Source of the DNA: an uncultured Clostridium sp.
GTDB lineage: Bacteria > Bacillota > Clostridia > TANB77 > CAG-508
NCBI GenBank assembly: GCA_945946655.1
Contig: CAMEWM010000005.1
Coordinates: forward strand, 903-64,902
Direction of reading: 5' to 3'
Length of the DNA stretch: 64,000 nt
The position numbers were made by a program, and so were the translations under genes. Below are positions 49,354 through 60,424 of the stretch, one piece after another. The notes beneath the pieces are model-generated. The model searched no databases and was not told where the DNA came from. It saw only the letters and a list, made by a program, of their open reading frames with translations. Every line of letters starts with the position of its first letter. The stretch's first letter is position 1.

Positions 49354-51108
49354 CTAAATTAAAATTGCTTTTATTCTTCTTACTCCAGCTGAGCTTGCTT
49401 CCTCCTTTTTTATTTTGAATGTTCCCAACTCTGATGTATTATCTACATGAGGGCCTCCACATAGTTCCTTTGATACTGTTCCTATAGAGTATACTGTAAC
49501 TATATCTGGATATTTTTCTATAAACATGCATTCTGCACCAGATTTTATTGCATCTTCTTTTTTCATTTCTTCTACTGTTACTGGTATTGCTTCTTTTATC
49601 CATTCATTTACTAAGTTTTCTACTTTTTGTTTTTCTTCTTCTGTCAATTTGTGGTCACAACTAAAATCAAATCTCATTCTCTCTGGTGTTATATTAGAGC
49701 CTTTTTGGTGAACATCTTTTCCGATAACTACTTTTAAAGCAGCATTTAAAAGGTGCGTTGCTGTGTGATATCTTGTTTCCATCTCTCCATTTCCAGATAA
49801 ACCACCTTTAAATTTTTGCTTGCTTCCCATTCTTGATTTTTCTTGGTGTTCTTTAAATAGTTTATCAAATTCTGAACTATCTATTTTTAGATTTTGTTCT
49901 TTTGCTAAATCTGCTGTTACCTCTGGGGGAAATCCGTATGTTTCATATAATGTAAATAAATCTTGTCCTGATATTGTATCTTTTGCTTCATTATTTAATT
50001 TATTTACAATTTTATTAAATTCTCTTTCTCCACGTTCTAGAGTTTTTTCGAATTTATCTTTTTCTTCTATTATTACTGATTTTATTTTTTCCTTATTTTC
50101 CACTAATTCTGGATACATATCTTTTAGAGTATCTATATTAAGTTCAATTAATTCAGGAAGTGTATTTAAGTCTATTTGTAACTTTCTTAGATGTCTTACC
50201 ATTCTACGAATTAATCTTCTCAATATATAGCCTCTATCCACATTACTTGGAAGTCCACCATCTAGAATTATCATCATACTAGCACGTAAATGTTCTGCAA
50301 CAATTCTTCTACTCGCTATATCATCAGTTTCAGCTAGTTCTTGTAGCTTGTCCATTACTGGCTTAAATAATTCTGTATCAAATGGAGTTTCTTTTCCTTC
50401 TAGTAGCATTGTCATTCTTTCAAGGCCAAGTCCTGTGTCAACATTGTGTTGCTTTAATTTCGTATATTTTCCATCCTTTGTTTTGAAATACTCCATGAAT
50501 ACATTGTTCCATATTTCCACATATTTTCCACATCCACATGATGGATCACAATTTTCAGAGCATTTTGGTTTTCCTGTATCATAAAACATTTCTGTGTCTG
50601 AACCGCAAGGACCTTCTTCTCCTGCTATCCACCAGTTGTCATCTTTTCCAAAAAAGTATATTCTCTCTTCTGGAATTCCTGCTTTTTTCCAGCATTCTGC
50701 AGTTACTGTATCTCTTGGGCAGTCATCATCTCCTGCAAAACATGTAACTGACAATTTTTCCACTGGAATTCCTAACTCCTTTGTTAAAAATTCAAAGCTC
50801 ATTGCTATTGCTTCTTCTTTAAAATAATCTCCTAAAGACCAATTTCCTAACATTTCAAAATATGTTAGATGTCTATTATCCCCTACTTCATCTATATCAT
50901 TAGTACGTAAACATTTTTGATAGTCTGTTAAGCGTTTACCTTCTGGATGTTTTTCTCCTAAAAGGTATGGTACTAATGGTTGCATTCCAGCTGTTGTAAA
51001 TAATACTGATGGATCATTTTCTGGTATTAATGGTGCACTTGGTATTACACTATGTCCATGTTTTTTAAAAAATTCTAAATATTTATTTCTAATCTCTATT
51101 GCTTTCAT
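49354..51108 (-). CDS. alaS: Short-form alanine--tRNA ligase (catalytic + editing domains, no C-Ala domain)
   Basis: The N-terminus is MKAIEIRNKYLEFFKKHGHSVIPSAPLIPENDPSVLFTTAGMQP...FEMLGNWSLGDYFK. The editing-site motifs are HTATHLL and LCGGPHV. It ends at 584 aa. Confidence 0.8.
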   Translation of the reverse strand: MKAIEIRNKYLEFFKKHGHSVIPSAPLIPENDPSVLFTTAGMQPLVPYLLGEKHPEGKRLTDYQKCLRTNDIDEVGDNRHLTYFEMLGNWSLGDYFKEEAIAMSFEFLTKELGIPVEKLSVTCFAGDDDCPRDTVTAECWKKAGIPEERIYFFGKDDNWWIAGEEGPCGSDTEMFYDTGKPKCSENCDPSCGCGKYVEIWNNVFMEYFKTKDGKYTKLKQHNVDTGLGLERMTMLLEGKETPFDTELFKPVMDKLQELAETDDIASRRIVAEHLRASMMIILDGGLPSNVDRGYILRRLIRRMVRHLRKLQIDLNTLPELIELNIDTLKDMYPELVENKEKIKSVIIEEKDKFEKTLERGEREFNKIVNKLNNEAKDTISGQDLFTLYETYGFPPEVTADLAKEQNLKIDSSEFDKLFKEHQEKSRMGSKQKFKGGLSGNGEMETRYHTATHLLNAALKVVIGKDVHQKGSNITPERMRFDFSCDHKLTEEEKQKVENLVNEWIKEAIPVTVEEMKKEDAIKSGAECMFIEKYPDIVTVYSIGTVSKELCGGPHVDNTSELGTFKIKKEEASSAGVRRIKAILI

Positions 51109-51205
51109 TTAAATTTTCCTTTCTTAATTAGTAAATTTCTTTGTTATAATTTTATCATCCAAAACAATTTTGTCAATTAATATCAATTTTTATAAAATTT
51201 TAGGA

Positions 51206-52525
51206 TTATTGTATTATTCCTATTAATTCTCTTGTTTTATCATTATTCTTTTCAATTTCTACTTCTTTGATTTGATTTACAAACTCCTCCGCTCGGGCAA
51301 CATTTCCAGGTACTTTTACCATTATATAGTTCGTGGTATGCCCTTTAAAAAATCCTTCTTCATATTCTTCAAATAATACTTTAACTTTCTTTCCTATATA
51401 TTCTTTATTATGCTTATTCTCATTTTGATTGGATAACTCTATTAGTTTGTTACTTCTTTCTTCTTTTATATTACCATTTATTTGATTTGGCATTTTTTCG
51501 GCAACAGTTCCTCTCCTTGGAGAATATTTAAATACGTGCATTCTATAAAAATCTATACTTCTTAAAAACTCATAAGTTTTATCAAATTCTTCATCTGTCT
51601 CTCCTGGAAAACCAACTATTACATCTGTAGTAAAGCTTACATTTGGATAATACTTTCTTAAGATTTCTGTTGATTCCTTATATCTATATGTAGTATATTT
51701 TCTATTCATTCTCTTAAGAGTTGCATCACATCCACTCTGTAGAGATAAATGAAAATGGTCACATATCTTTTCTAATTTTGATAACCTCTTAGCAAATTCT
51801 TCATCTATTAGAGTAGGCTCTAAAGATCCAAGTCTTATTCTTTCTATTCCTTCTATTTTATTTATTGCTTCTAATAAATCTATAAGTCTCACATTCTCAT
51901 TTTCTAAATCTTTTCCATAAGAAGCAACATGTATACCTGTTATTACAACTTCCTTTATTCCCTGTTCCGCAATTTTGGTGATTTCTGATACAACACTTTC
52001 TATTTTTCTACTTCTTATTCTTCCTCTTGCATATGGTATTATACAGTATGAGCAAAACATATTACATCCATCCTGTACTTTTATAACAGCTCTATTTTTC
52101 TCTGTATATGTTACATCTCCAAAATCCAAAAATTCACTTTGTATAGATACATCTGATATTTTTTCTTTTACTTCATGCTCTTTAATATACTCTTCAACAA
52201 TCTCTACAATATTATTTTTCTCATTTATTCCTAATATTATATCAATTTCAGGAATTTTCTCTAATTCATCTTTTGCAACTTGTGCATAACATCCACACAC
52301 TACTAATATAGCAGATTTATTTATATCCTTAACTCTTCTTAGCATCTGTCTAGATTTTCTTTCTGCCATATTTGTAACAGTACATGTATTTATTACATAT
52401 ATATTTGCTTTTTCTGTATTATCTACAACTTCATATCCTTTTTTTATAAATTGTTGTTCCATCGCATTTGTTTCATATTGATTAACTTTACAACCTAATG
52501 TATAAAAAGCAACTGTTTTTTTCAT
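51206..52525 (-). CDS. mtaB: tRNA (t6A37) methylthiotransferase MtaB
   Basis: MKKTVAFYTLGCKVNQYETNAM, the radical-SAM motif CNMFCSYCIIP, and a TRAM tail. The inner start follows an SD-like sequence; the track ORF starts 23 codons earlier. Confidence 0.9.
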   Translation of the reverse strand: MKKTVAFYTLGCKVNQYETNAMEQQFIKKGYEVVDNTEKANIYVINTCTVTNMAERKSRQMLRRVKDINKSAILVVCGCYAQVAKDELEKIPEIDIILGINEKNNIVEIVEEYIKEHEVKEKISDVSIQSEFLDFGDVTYTEKNRAVIKVQDGCNMFCSYCIIPYARGRIRSRKIESVVSEITKIAEQGIKEVVITGIHVASYGKDLENENVRLIDLLEAINKIEGIERIRLGSLEPTLIDEEFAKRLSKLEKICDHFHLSLQSGCDATLKRMNRKYTTYRYKESTEILRKYYPNVSFTTDVIVGFPGETDEEFDKTYEFLRSIDFYRMHVFKYSPRRGTVAEKMPNQINGNIKEERSNKLIELSNQNENKHNKEYIGKKVKVLFEEYEEGFFKGHTTNYIMVKVPGNVARAEEFVNQIKEVEIEKNNDKTRELIGIIQ

Positions 52526-52783
52526 TTTATTTTCCCTTCTGATTAAATTACTCGTATATTTTAACACTTTTATCGAAAAAGTGCAATATTCCAATATTTC
52601 GATACAACAATAAATAAATGTTTATTTTTTATAAATTTTCAAATAATAATAATGATCTTGTTCTTTAGTTAATAATAAATTCAAATTTAATTTACTTATC
52701 AGTTATTTATTTACTTTTCTGTTTCTGTAAAACTAATTTTATACATGTTATATTATTTATCAAATAATTAAGAGGTGAAATTT

Positions 52784-53113
52784 ATGGCAGTAGATTATTG
52801 TATTATCGGATCGAGATTAAAACAGGCTAGATTAAAATCTGGTTTAACACAACAAGAAATGGCAGAAAAAACAAACCTTTCAGTCGCCTTCATTAGTAGG
52901 ATAGAAAGAGGTACATCTCATATAAATCTTAAAAGATTAAGTGAATTTTGCTCTATTTTAAATATTTCAGAAGGATATATCTTAAACGGAGTATCTGATG
53001 AAGATGATAAATATTTATATAATGAATTTAATGATATTTTAAAGAAATGCTCACCAGAAAAGCAAAAATTAATATATAAACTTTCAAAAGTAATTGCGGA
53101 AGATGATGAATAA
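52784..53113 (+). CDS. XRE-family helix-turn-helix transcriptional regulator
   Basis: GSRLKQARLKSGLTQQEMAEKTNLSVAFISRIERG. Confidence 0.85.
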   Translation: MAVDYCIIGSRLKQARLKSGLTQQEMAEKTNLSVAFISRIERGTSHINLKRLSEFCSILNISEGYILNGVSDEDDKYLYNEFNDILKKCSPEKQKLIYKLSKVIAEDDE

Positions 53114-53141
53114 GCAGATGGCTAATATTAAGGCATCTGCT
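53113..53141 (+). terminator. Hairpin terminator after the XRE gene
   Basis: agcagatg / catctgct stem followed by TTTT. Confidence 0.6.
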
Positions 53142-53244
53142 TTTACTTATAATTTCCATTTTTTTTATTGATAATTTTCCTTTGCTATGTTAATATTAAT
53201 AATGGAATGTTTATAAATATAACATTTTCGGAGGAGGTAAATTT

Positions 53245-55476
53245 ATGGATTTTAAACAATGGAATAATTTTTCTAAAGGTGAATGGACAAAAGAAATTGA
53301 TGTTAGAGATTTCATTCAAAAGAACTATACTCCATATACTGGAGACGAAAGCTTTTTATCAGGTGCCACTGATAAGACAAAAAAACTTTGGGATAAGGTT
53401 TTAAAACTATATGAAAAAGAAAAAGAAAATGGAGTTTTAGATGTTGATACCAAAACTCCATCTGGGATAAATAGATATGAAGCCGGATATTTGGACAAGG
53501 ATCTAGAAGAAATTGTCGGTTTTCAAACAGATGCCCCACTAAAAAGAGCTATTATGCCAAACGGTGGTATAAGAATTGTTGAAAAATCTTGTGAATCATA
53601 TGGTTACAAAGTTGATGATGAAGTTGAATATATTTATCACAATTTAAGAAAAACTCATAATGATGGTGTTTTTGATGTATATACTCCCGATATAAGAGCC
53701 GCTAGATCTCACCACTTACTAACAGGTCTTCCTGATGGTTATGGACGTGGACGTATAATAGGTGACTATAGACGTGTTGCTCTATATGGTGTTGATGCTT
53801 TAATAGACGAAAAGAAGGAAGAATTAGATATTCTTGATGTTGATGAATTTACAGAACATGTCGTTCGTGATAGAGAAGAAATTGCAGAGCAAATTAAAGC
53901 ATTACAAGATTTGAAAAAAATGGCTGCAAAATATGGATTTGATATATCTCTTCCTGCTTCAAATTCAAAAGAAGCTGTGCAATGGTTATATTTTGCATAT
54001 TTAGGAGCTGTAAAAGATCAAAATGGTGCTGCAATGTCTTTAGGAAGAACTTCTACTTTCTTAGATATATACTTTGAAAGAGATCTAAAAGCTGGAACAA
54101 TTACAGAAGAAGAAGTTCAGGAACTTATGGATCAATTCGTTATGAAGCTAAGAATGGTTCGTTTCTTAAGAGCCCCAGAATATAACGAATTATTCAGTGG
54201 AGACCCTGTTTGGGTAACTGAAAGTATTGGTGGTATGGGAGTTGATGGTAGAACATTAGTTACAAAAAATTCTTTCAGAGTACTTCATACTCTAGAAAAT
54301 TTAGGAGCAGCTCCAGAACCAAATTTAACAGTTTTATGGTCGAAGAATCTACCTCAAGCATTCAAAGATTATTGTGCAAAAATCTCTATTGCAACTTCTT
54401 CTATTCAGTATGAAAATGATGATTTAATGAGAGTATCTTTAGGAGATGATTATGGCATTGCTTGCTGTGTATCTGCTATGAAAATTGGTAAACAGATGCA
54501 ATTCTTTGGTGCAAGAGCAAACTTAGCTAAAGCACTACTTTATGCTATAAATGGTGGTAGAGATGAAAATACTGGTAAACAAGTAACTCCAATGTTTGCA
54601 CCTATTACGTCAGAATATCTAGATTATGATGAAGTAATGGCAAAATATGATCAAATGTTAGATTATGTAGCAAAAATTTATATGAAATCATTAAATGCAA
54701 TACATTACATGCATGATAAATATTCTTATGAAGCTTTAGAAATGGCATTGCATGACAGAAATGTAATACGTACAATGGCTTGCGGTATTGCTGGTTTATC
54801 TGTTGCAGTTGATTCTTTATCTGCAATTAAATATGCCAAAGTAAAAGTTATTAGAGATGAAACAGGCTTAGCAACAGATTATGAAGTTGAAGGAGACTTC
54901 CCTAAATATGGAAATGACGATGAACGAGTTGATGAAATTGCAGTTAATTTAGTTAAATCATTTATGAAAAAATTAGAAGGTCATTACACATATAGAAATG
55001 CAAAACCAACACAATCTATTCTTACAATAACATCTAATGTAGTTTATGGTAAAGCAACAGGAAATACACCTGACGGAAGAAAATCTGGTGCACCATTTGG
55101 TCCTGGTGCCAATCCTTTACACGGAAGAGATAGTTCAGGTTCATTAGCTGTAATGAACACTATAGCAAAACTTCCTTATGAATATTCAGAAGATGGTATT
55201 TCTTTCACCTTTTCAATAACTCCTGGAACTCTTGGAAAAGATGAAGAAACAAAAGTAAATAATTTAGTAAGTATGTTAGACGGATATTTTATGCAAACAG
55301 GACATCATATAAATGTAAATGTATTTGATAGAGCATTATTAATAGATGCAATGGATCATCCAGAAAAGTATCCACAACTTACAATACGTGTTTCAGGCTA
55401 TGCAGTTAACTTTGTAAAATTAACAAAGGAGCAACAATTAGATGTTATCAACAGAACAATCCATGAAAGAATATAA
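53245..55476 (+). CDS. pflB: Formate C-acetyltransferase (pyruvate formate-lyase)
   Basis: 743 aa. The active-site motif is IACCVSAM and the glycyl-radical motif is [11 protein letters not shown]. Confidence 0.97.
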   Translation: MDFKQWNNFSKGEWTKEIDVRDFIQKNYTPYTGDESFLSGATDKTKKLWDKVLKLYEKEKENGVLDVDTKTPSGINRYEAGYLDKDLEEIVGFQTDAPLKRAIMPNGGIRIVEKSCESYGYKVDDEVEYIYHNLRKTHNDGVFDVYTPDIRAARSHHLLTGLPDGYGRGRIIGDYRRVALYGVDALIDEKKEELDILDVDEFTEHVVRDREEIAEQIKALQDLKKMAAKYGFDISLPASNSKEAVQWLYFAYLGAVKDQNGAAMSLGRTSTFLDIYFERDLKAGTITEEEVQELMDQFVMKLRMVRFLRAPEYNELFSGDPVWVTESIGGMGVDGRTLVTKNSFRVLHTLENLGAAPEPNLTVLWSKNLPQAFKDYCAKISIATSSIQYENDDLMRVSLGDDYGIACCVSAMKIGKQMQFFGARANLAKALLYAINGGRDENTGKQVTPMFAPITSEYLDYDEVMAKYDQMLDYVAKIYMKSLNAIHYMHDKYSYEALEMALHDRNVIRTMACGIAGLSVAVDSLSAIKYAKVKVIRDETGLATDYEVEGDFPKYGNDDERVDEIAVNLVKSFMKKLEGHYTYRNAKPTQSILTITSNVVYGKATGNTPDGRKSGAPFGPGANPLHGRDSSGSLAVMNTIAKLPYEYSEDGISFTFSITPGTLGKDEETKVNNLVSMLDGYFMQTGHHINVNVFDRALLIDAMDHPEKYPQLTIRVSGYAVNFVKLTKEQQLDVINRTIHERI

Positions 55477-56197
55477 TTTAGATACAATTACTTGCCCTAT
55501 CCATTCATTTGAAACTTTCGGTGCAGTTGATGGCCCAGGTATTAGATTTGTAATTTTTACACAAGGATGCAATTTAAAATGCAAGTATTGTCAAAATAGA
55601 GATACATGGTGTCATCAAGGTGGCACCATCTATTCTGTTCGTCAAGTTCTAAATAAAATAGAGCGATATAAAAATTATATAATACCTTCAGGTGGTGGAG
55701 TTACAGTTAGTGGTGGTGAACCTTTATTACATTTAGAATTTTTAACTGCTCTATTTAAAGAATTAAAAAAGCAAGGAATTTCTACTGCAATAGACACTTC
55801 CGGAGTTTTCTATCTAACGCCAGGCATAAAAGAAATTATCGATTTAACGGACTTATTTCTACTAGATATAAAATGTATTAATGATAAAATTTGTGAAGAT
55901 TTAACAGGAGTTTCAAATAAAAAAGAATTAGAATTTGCAAGGTATCTTAGTGAACACGAAAAACACATGTGGATTAGACAAGTTCTGGTTCCTGGATATA
56001 CTGATAAAGAAGAGGATTTGTTAAAATTAAAAGAATTTCTATCTACGCTAAAAACTGTAGATAAAATAGAAATACTTCCATATCATGATATGGGAAAATT
56101 CAAATGGGAAAATCTTGGACTAAAATATCCTTTAGAAGGTGTTCCGACTGCTACAGATAAAGATGTAGAAAAAGCAAAAAAAATATTAGAGATATAA
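55442..56197 (+). CDS. pflA: Pyruvate formate-lyase activating enzyme
   Basis: [33 protein letters not shown] (radical SAM CxxxCxxC). The start may instead be the ATG at 55463. Confidence 0.93.
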   Translation: MLSTEQSMKEYNLDTITCPIHSFETFGAVDGPGIRFVIFTQGCNLKCKYCQNRDTWCHQGGTIYSVRQVLNKIERYKNYIIPSGGGVTVSGGEPLLHLEFLTALFKELKKQGISTAIDTSGVFYLTPGIKEIIDLTDLFLLDIKCINDKICEDLTGVSNKKELEFARYLSEHEKHMWIRQVLVPGYTDKEEDLLKLKEFLSTLKTVDKIEILPYHDMGKFKWENLGLKYPLEGVPTATDKDVEKAKKILEI

Positions 56198-56221
56198 AAA
56201 GGACAACTAAGGTTGTCCTTT
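56198..56221. terminator. Bidirectional hairpin terminator
   Basis: aaaggacaac / gttgtccttt 10-bp stem with a 4-nt loop and flanking A/T runs. Confidence 0.7.
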
Positions 56222-56222
56222 T

Positions 56223-57089
56223 TTATATCTTACAAATTAAATCTATTATAATTCCAGATATTACTCCAATAAGATATAAAATAGATATAATTTTTATATT
56301 ATCTTTGATATGTTTATTCGATTTAAATAATACTAAAATTCCTATCCCCGATCCTACTAGTAATCCAGCTATCATGGAACCAAAACTAATTAAATTTGAT
56401 AAATACAATTCTGTTATTATTACAGAGCCTGCACAATTTGGAATTAAGCCAAGTAAAGAAGATACTAGTATTCCAATAAAAGGTACACTGGCAATAGCAT
56501 TTGCAATATTATCTTCTCCTATAAAATATATTAGAGTATTAATTATAAATGTTATAATTATAATAAATACTAAAATATTAATAGTGTGTTTAAATGCAGA
56601 TTTAAATATACCATGCTCACAATCACAATGTTCATTTTCACAAATGTGCCCTATCGCCTCTTCTGTTTTATCTTCTTTTTGTTTATTCTTTTTTATTATT
56701 ATAGAATGTATCCCATCAATTAAAAATCCTGCTATCACCCCTATTATCAATTTTATAGCTAATATTTTTAAAATTAATTCTATAGGTGCTGCTTCCGATA
56801 TTAATATAGGTAACATCTCATCTGAAGTAGATAAAAACACTGCTATCAATGTTCCCATGGTAATTATTCTACCAGCATATAGGTTAGCAGCTGCTGCAGA
56901 AAAACCACACTGTGGAAAAATTCCTAATATTCCTCCCAATAATGGTCCTAACTTTCCTGAACTTTGTACAATTTTTTTAGTCTTGTCCCCAGTTTTATGT
57001 TCTAGATATTCCATTAATAAATACGCTAAAAATAAAAAAGGTAACAATTTGACTGCATCAAATAATGTATCTTTTATAACGTCTATCAT
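56223..57089 (-). CDS. Putative metal-ion permease (ArsP_2 / putative manganese transporter family)
   Basis: MIDVIKDTLFDAVKLLPFLFLAYLLMEYLEH...FPQCGFSAAAANLYAGRIIT..STSDEMLPIL resembles that family. There is a His/Cys-rich loop, HICENEHCDCEH. Confidence 0.7.
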   Translation of the reverse strand: MIDVIKDTLFDAVKLLPFLFLAYLLMEYLEHKTGDKTKKIVQSSGKLGPLLGGILGIFPQCGFSAAAANLYAGRIITMGTLIAVFLSTSDEMLPILISEAAPIELILKILAIKLIIGVIAGFLIDGIHSIIIKKNKQKEDKTEEAIGHICENEHCDCEHGIFKSAFKHTINILVFIIIITFIINTLIYFIGEDNIANAIASVPFIGILVSSLLGLIPNCAGSVIITELYLSNLISFGSMIAGLLVGSGIGILVLFKSNKHIKDNIKIISILYLIGVISGIIIDLICKI

Positions 57090-57246
57090 ATTTCCTCTCC
57101 TGATAGTTATTTATTTTCTGTTTACTATATTAGCACATTCTAACAAAATAATCAACATAATAAGTTATGCATAATAATATTTTTGTAATAATATTTTCAT
57201 TATTTAATTAATATATTTATATTAGTTTATATAAAGGAGTAATTCG

Positions 57247-58333
57247 TTGAATAATTTAAGCGTTGTTTCTCAAAAAAAGCATAGATACAAATTTGCTGTA
57301 ATTTCTTTTAAACAAAATATAATTCCATTAATATTTTGTTTATTTACTATTGGTTTAGTAATTTTTTCTAATAGTAATTTATATGCCGCTAAAGCAGGAT
57401 TAAAATTATGGGCTAATAATGTAGTTCCTAGTCTTTTTCCTTTCTTCATTGCAACAAATTTACTTTCTCACACCAATATAATAAATTTCATTAGCAAAAA
57501 ATGTAACTGTATCATGAGACCCCTATTTAATGTTCCTGGTGAATCAGCATATGCTTTTATACTAGGCCTTATTAGTGGCTATCCTGTAGGTGCAAAAATT
57601 GTAACAGATTTGCGAAACAGAAATTTGTGTTCTAAAGATGAAGGTGAACGAATGTTAGCATTTACAAATAACTCTGGTCCACTCTTTATTATCGGAACTG
57701 TGCGGAATAACAATGTTCTCTAATTCCTCTATAGGTATTTTGCTATTTTTTACACATATGCTATCTGCAATTTCAGTAGGTTTTATCCTTGGCTTATATT
57801 CTAGAATAAAGTCTAGTTCTGAAAATAGTTTTTCAAACATATATATTAATAATGATGTCCAGTCATGCAGTTTAAAAGATTTAGGTTCAATCCTTTCAGA
57901 TGCTATTCTGGAATCTAGTAAAACTATTATAATGATTGGTGGTTTTGTTGTAATATTTTCAGTGATAATTTCCATATTAAAAACAAGTAAAGTATTACAA
58001 CTCATCTCATATAGCCTGTATCCAATCTTAGATGTACTTAAGATAGATTCAATCTTTAGTATTCCAATAATTTCTGGAATAATAGAGCTTACAAACGGTA
58101 TTTCTCTTGTAACCTCAACTAGTACAAAAACCATTTCTACAAATATTATATTGTGTGCATTTTTGCTTGGCTTTGGTGGATTATCTGTACTTCTTCAAGT
58201 TCTAAGTATTGCTTCTAAGTCTGACCTTTCTATCAAAAAGTATATTTATGGAAAAGTACTTCAAGGAATTATTGCTGCTATATATACATATATTTTAATA
58301 ACTCTATTACCAATGTTTAATTTAAATTTATAA
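57247..58333 (+). pseudogene. ylbJ: Sporulation integral membrane protein YlbJ, split into two frames at 57703 (frameshift or +1 recoding)
   Basis: The first ORF ends ...AFTNNSGPLFIIGTV-RNNNVL*. The second frame continues GITMFSNSSIGILLFFTHMLSAISVG. Together they reproduce the contiguous YlbJ/nucleoside-recognition-domain layout. TTG start after AAGGAG. Confidence 0.8.
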
Positions 58334-58355
58334 TAAGACGAAAGGAATGAGAATT

Positions 58356-58631
58356 ATGGATAAAAATATGGATTATAATTATTTTGGCATGCCTCCTTTT
58401 GGAAATAGTGGCATGTACGATATGAATACAGATTATGGAGTTAATAATGGTAATATGAATCCAGGAATTGATCCTAATGCTATGTTTAATCCTTTAATGC
58501 AATATGAACAAGCTTATATGTATTATCGCTATTTAAGTATGCAAATGGAATATAAAATAAAATGTAAAGAATATGAAAAGCTAACTTCAAAACCAGAAAT
58601 TTCCAGAGAATCAGGAAGAAAAATAGAATAA
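58356..58631 (+). CDS. Hypothetical Asn/Met/Tyr-rich protein (91 aa)
   Basis: ORF with SD GAAAGGA. No family recognised. Confidence 0.5.
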   Translation: MDKNMDYNYFGMPPFGNSGMYDMNTDYGVNNGNMNPGIDPNAMFNPLMQYEQAYMYYRYLSMQMEYKIKCKEYEKLTSKPEISRESGRKIE

Positions 58632-58732
58632 TCCTTGCTTTATGCGTATTTTTGTGATATACTATAAGTAGTATTATTTTATTTTGATGAATCGGAGGTG
58701 AACTTCTTAACATTAACGTTAAGAAAAATATA

Positions 58733-58999
58733 ATGGAAAAATCTAAAAATAGAACTTTAATAGATTTCTTTAAAAGTATTGCTTCAGCATTAGGAAGAGT
58801 ATTAGCTAGTGATGATGAAATCAACAATGATGTCGAATTACCAGCAGAACTAAGTGGAGATCCAATTGCTGCACTTAATGAATTTCAATCATCACAAGAA
58901 ACAGTTCAGAGAGTTTCGCAAAGCAGAACTAGAGCACCAAAGGCTCCAACAAGAAATGTTAGAAGCCAATTAGTAGATAAAGATGAACCTAATAGATAA
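58733..58999 (+). CDS. Hypothetical hydrophilic protein (88 aa)
   Basis: ORF with unusual SD-hairpin-ATG spacing (see findings). Confidence 0.45.
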   Translation: MEKSKNRTLIDFFKSIASALGRVLASDDEINNDVELPAELSGDPIAALNEFQSSQETVQRVSQSRTRAPKAPTRNVRSQLVDKDEPNR

Positions 59000-59054
59000 A
59001 TCTAATAAAAATATCAATATAATATAAATTATGTTGATATTTTTTATTTTTTTC

Positions 59055-59083
59055 TTGACAAAACAATCTTTTCCATTTATAAT
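59055..59083 (+). promoter_or_regulatory. Consensus sigma-A promoter for tRNA-Met
   Basis: TTGACA (59055-59060), a 17-nt spacer, then TATAAT (59078-59083). It lies about 20 nt upstream of the tRNA 5' end. Confidence 0.75.
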
Positions 59084-59102
59084 ATTATTTGTCTTTACAA
59101 AT

Positions 59103-59179
59103 GGCGATGTAGCTCAGTTGGCTAGAGCAAACGGTTCATACCCGTTAGGTCAGCGGTTCGAATCCACTCATCGCTACCA
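59103..59179 (+). tRNA. tRNA-Met (anticodon CAU, elongator-like)
   Basis: GGCGATGTAGCTCAGTTGGCTAGAGCAAACGGTTCATACCCGTTAGGTCAGCGGTTCGAATCCACTCATCGCTACCA. It has no initiator features. A lysidine-modified tRNA-Ile cannot be strictly excluded from sequence. Confidence 0.8.
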
Positions 59180-59182
59180 AAA

Positions 59183-59212
59183 AAGAACTATACTTTAAAT
59201 AGTATAGTTCTT
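59183..59212 (+). terminator. Hairpin terminator after tRNA-Met
   Basis: aagaactatact / agtatagttctt 12-bp stem followed by TTT. Confidence 0.7.
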
Positions 59213-59260
59213 TTCGCGTCATTTCATTTTGATATGAGTAAAACTAAAAGATTACATGAT

Positions 59261-60409
59261 TTAGTTCATGTAATCTTTTAATTTTTTACTTCTACTTGGA
59301 TGACGTAATTTTCTTAAAGCCTTTGCTTCTATTTGTCTAATTCTCTCTCTAGTGACATTAAATTCTTTTCCTACTTCTTCTAGCGTTCTTGACTTTCCAT
59401 CTTCTAGTCCAAATCTTAATTTTAAAACTTTTGCTTCTCTTGGTGTCAAAGTTTTCATTACTTCTTCTAATTGCTCTCTTAAAAGAGTATATGCTGCCGC
59501 ATCTTGAGGTGCTGGGCTATCATCATCTTGTATAAAATCTCCTAGGTGACTATCATCTTCTTCTCCGATTGGAGTTTCCAATGATACTGGATCTTGTGCA
59601 ATTTTTTGTATTTCAATTACTTTTTCTACTGGAATTTCCATCTCCTCTGCAATTTCTTCAGGGCTTGGCTCTCTTCCTAACTGTTGCAATAAATGTCTTG
59701 ATGTACGAATTAATTTATTTATTGTTTCAACCATGTGGACTGGTATTCTTATTGTTCTAGCCTGGTCTGCTATTGCTCTTGTAATAGCTTGCCTAATCCA
59801 CCATGTTGCATATGTGCTAAATTTATATCCTTTTGTATAATCGAATTTTTCTACTGCTTTTATTAATCCCATATTACCTTCTTGTATAAGGTCTAAAAAT
59901 AACATTCCTCTACCAACATATTTTTTTGCTATACTAACAACAAGTCTCAAATTTGATTCAGCCAATTTTTGCTTCGCTTCTTCATCACCATCAAGAACTC
60001 TTTTAGCAAGTTCTAATTCCTCTTCATATGACAAAAGTGGAATTCTACCTATTTCTCTTAAATACATTCTAACAGGATCATCTATGTTAATTCCATCCAT
60101 GTTATTTAAATCTATATCTTCTACTTTAATATCTTCTACAGCTTCTAATTCATCTATATCAGGTTCTTCTAAATCTAGATCATCATCTTTTAATACATTA
60201 ACACCCATATCTTCAAAAGCATCAAACACTTTATCTATTTGTTCTGTATTTGCATCGTCTAATTCGCTTGCAAGTTCTCCATATGTTATTTTTCCTTTTT
60301 CTTTAGCTTTTTTTATAATGCTTTTTAATTTTTCATCAGTATTTATATCTTTTTTGGCCGTTGCTTCATTTTCTATTTTGTTATTTATTTCCTCATTTTC
60401 TTTTTTCAT
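59261..60409 (-). CDS. sigA: Primary RNA polymerase sigma factor SigA (RpoD)
   Basis: Region 2 is [50 protein letters not shown]. Region 4 is [31 protein letters not shown]. Confidence 0.97.
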   Translation of the reverse strand: MKKENEEINNKIENEATAKKDINTDEKLKSIIKKAKEKGKITYGELASELDDANTEQIDKVFDAFEDMGVNVLKDDDLDLEEPDIDELEAVEDIKVEDIDLNNMDGINIDDPVRMYLREIGRIPLLSYEEELELAKRVLDGDEEAKQKLAESNLRLVVSIAKKYVGRGMLFLDLIQEGNMGLIKAVEKFDYTKGYKFSTYATWWIRQAITRAIADQARTIRIPVHMVETINKLIRTSRHLLQQLGREPSPEEIAEEMEIPVEKVIEIQKIAQDPVSLETPIGEEDDSHLGDFIQDDDSPAPQDAAAYTLLREQLEEVMKTLTPREAKVLKLRFGLEDGKSRTLEEVGKEFNVTRERIRQIEAKALRKLRHPSRSKKLKDYMN

Positions 60410-60424
60410 TACAATAAAACCTCC

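Noticed and set aside
51109-51205. T-box riboswitch upstream of the AlaRS gene
   Set aside because: The spacer is only about 97 nt and shows no specifier-loop/T-box/antiterminator architecture.
56305-57174. 289-aa plus-strand ORF from the track
   Set aside because: It is antisense to the 56223-57089 permease gene, whose product matches a known transporter family. The plus-strand translation is low-complexity (Ile/Asn/Pro-rich) and looks like a shadow ORF typical of AT-rich DNA.
57655-58134. 159-aa minus-strand ORF
   Set aside because: It is antisense to ylbJ and spans the ylbJ frame junction. No family resemblance was seen.
58699-58732. Upstream mini-ORF starting at the GTG inside GGAGGTG and ending TAA overlapping the ATG at 58733
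   Set aside because: The GTG overlaps the SD itself (zero spacing), so initiation there is implausible.
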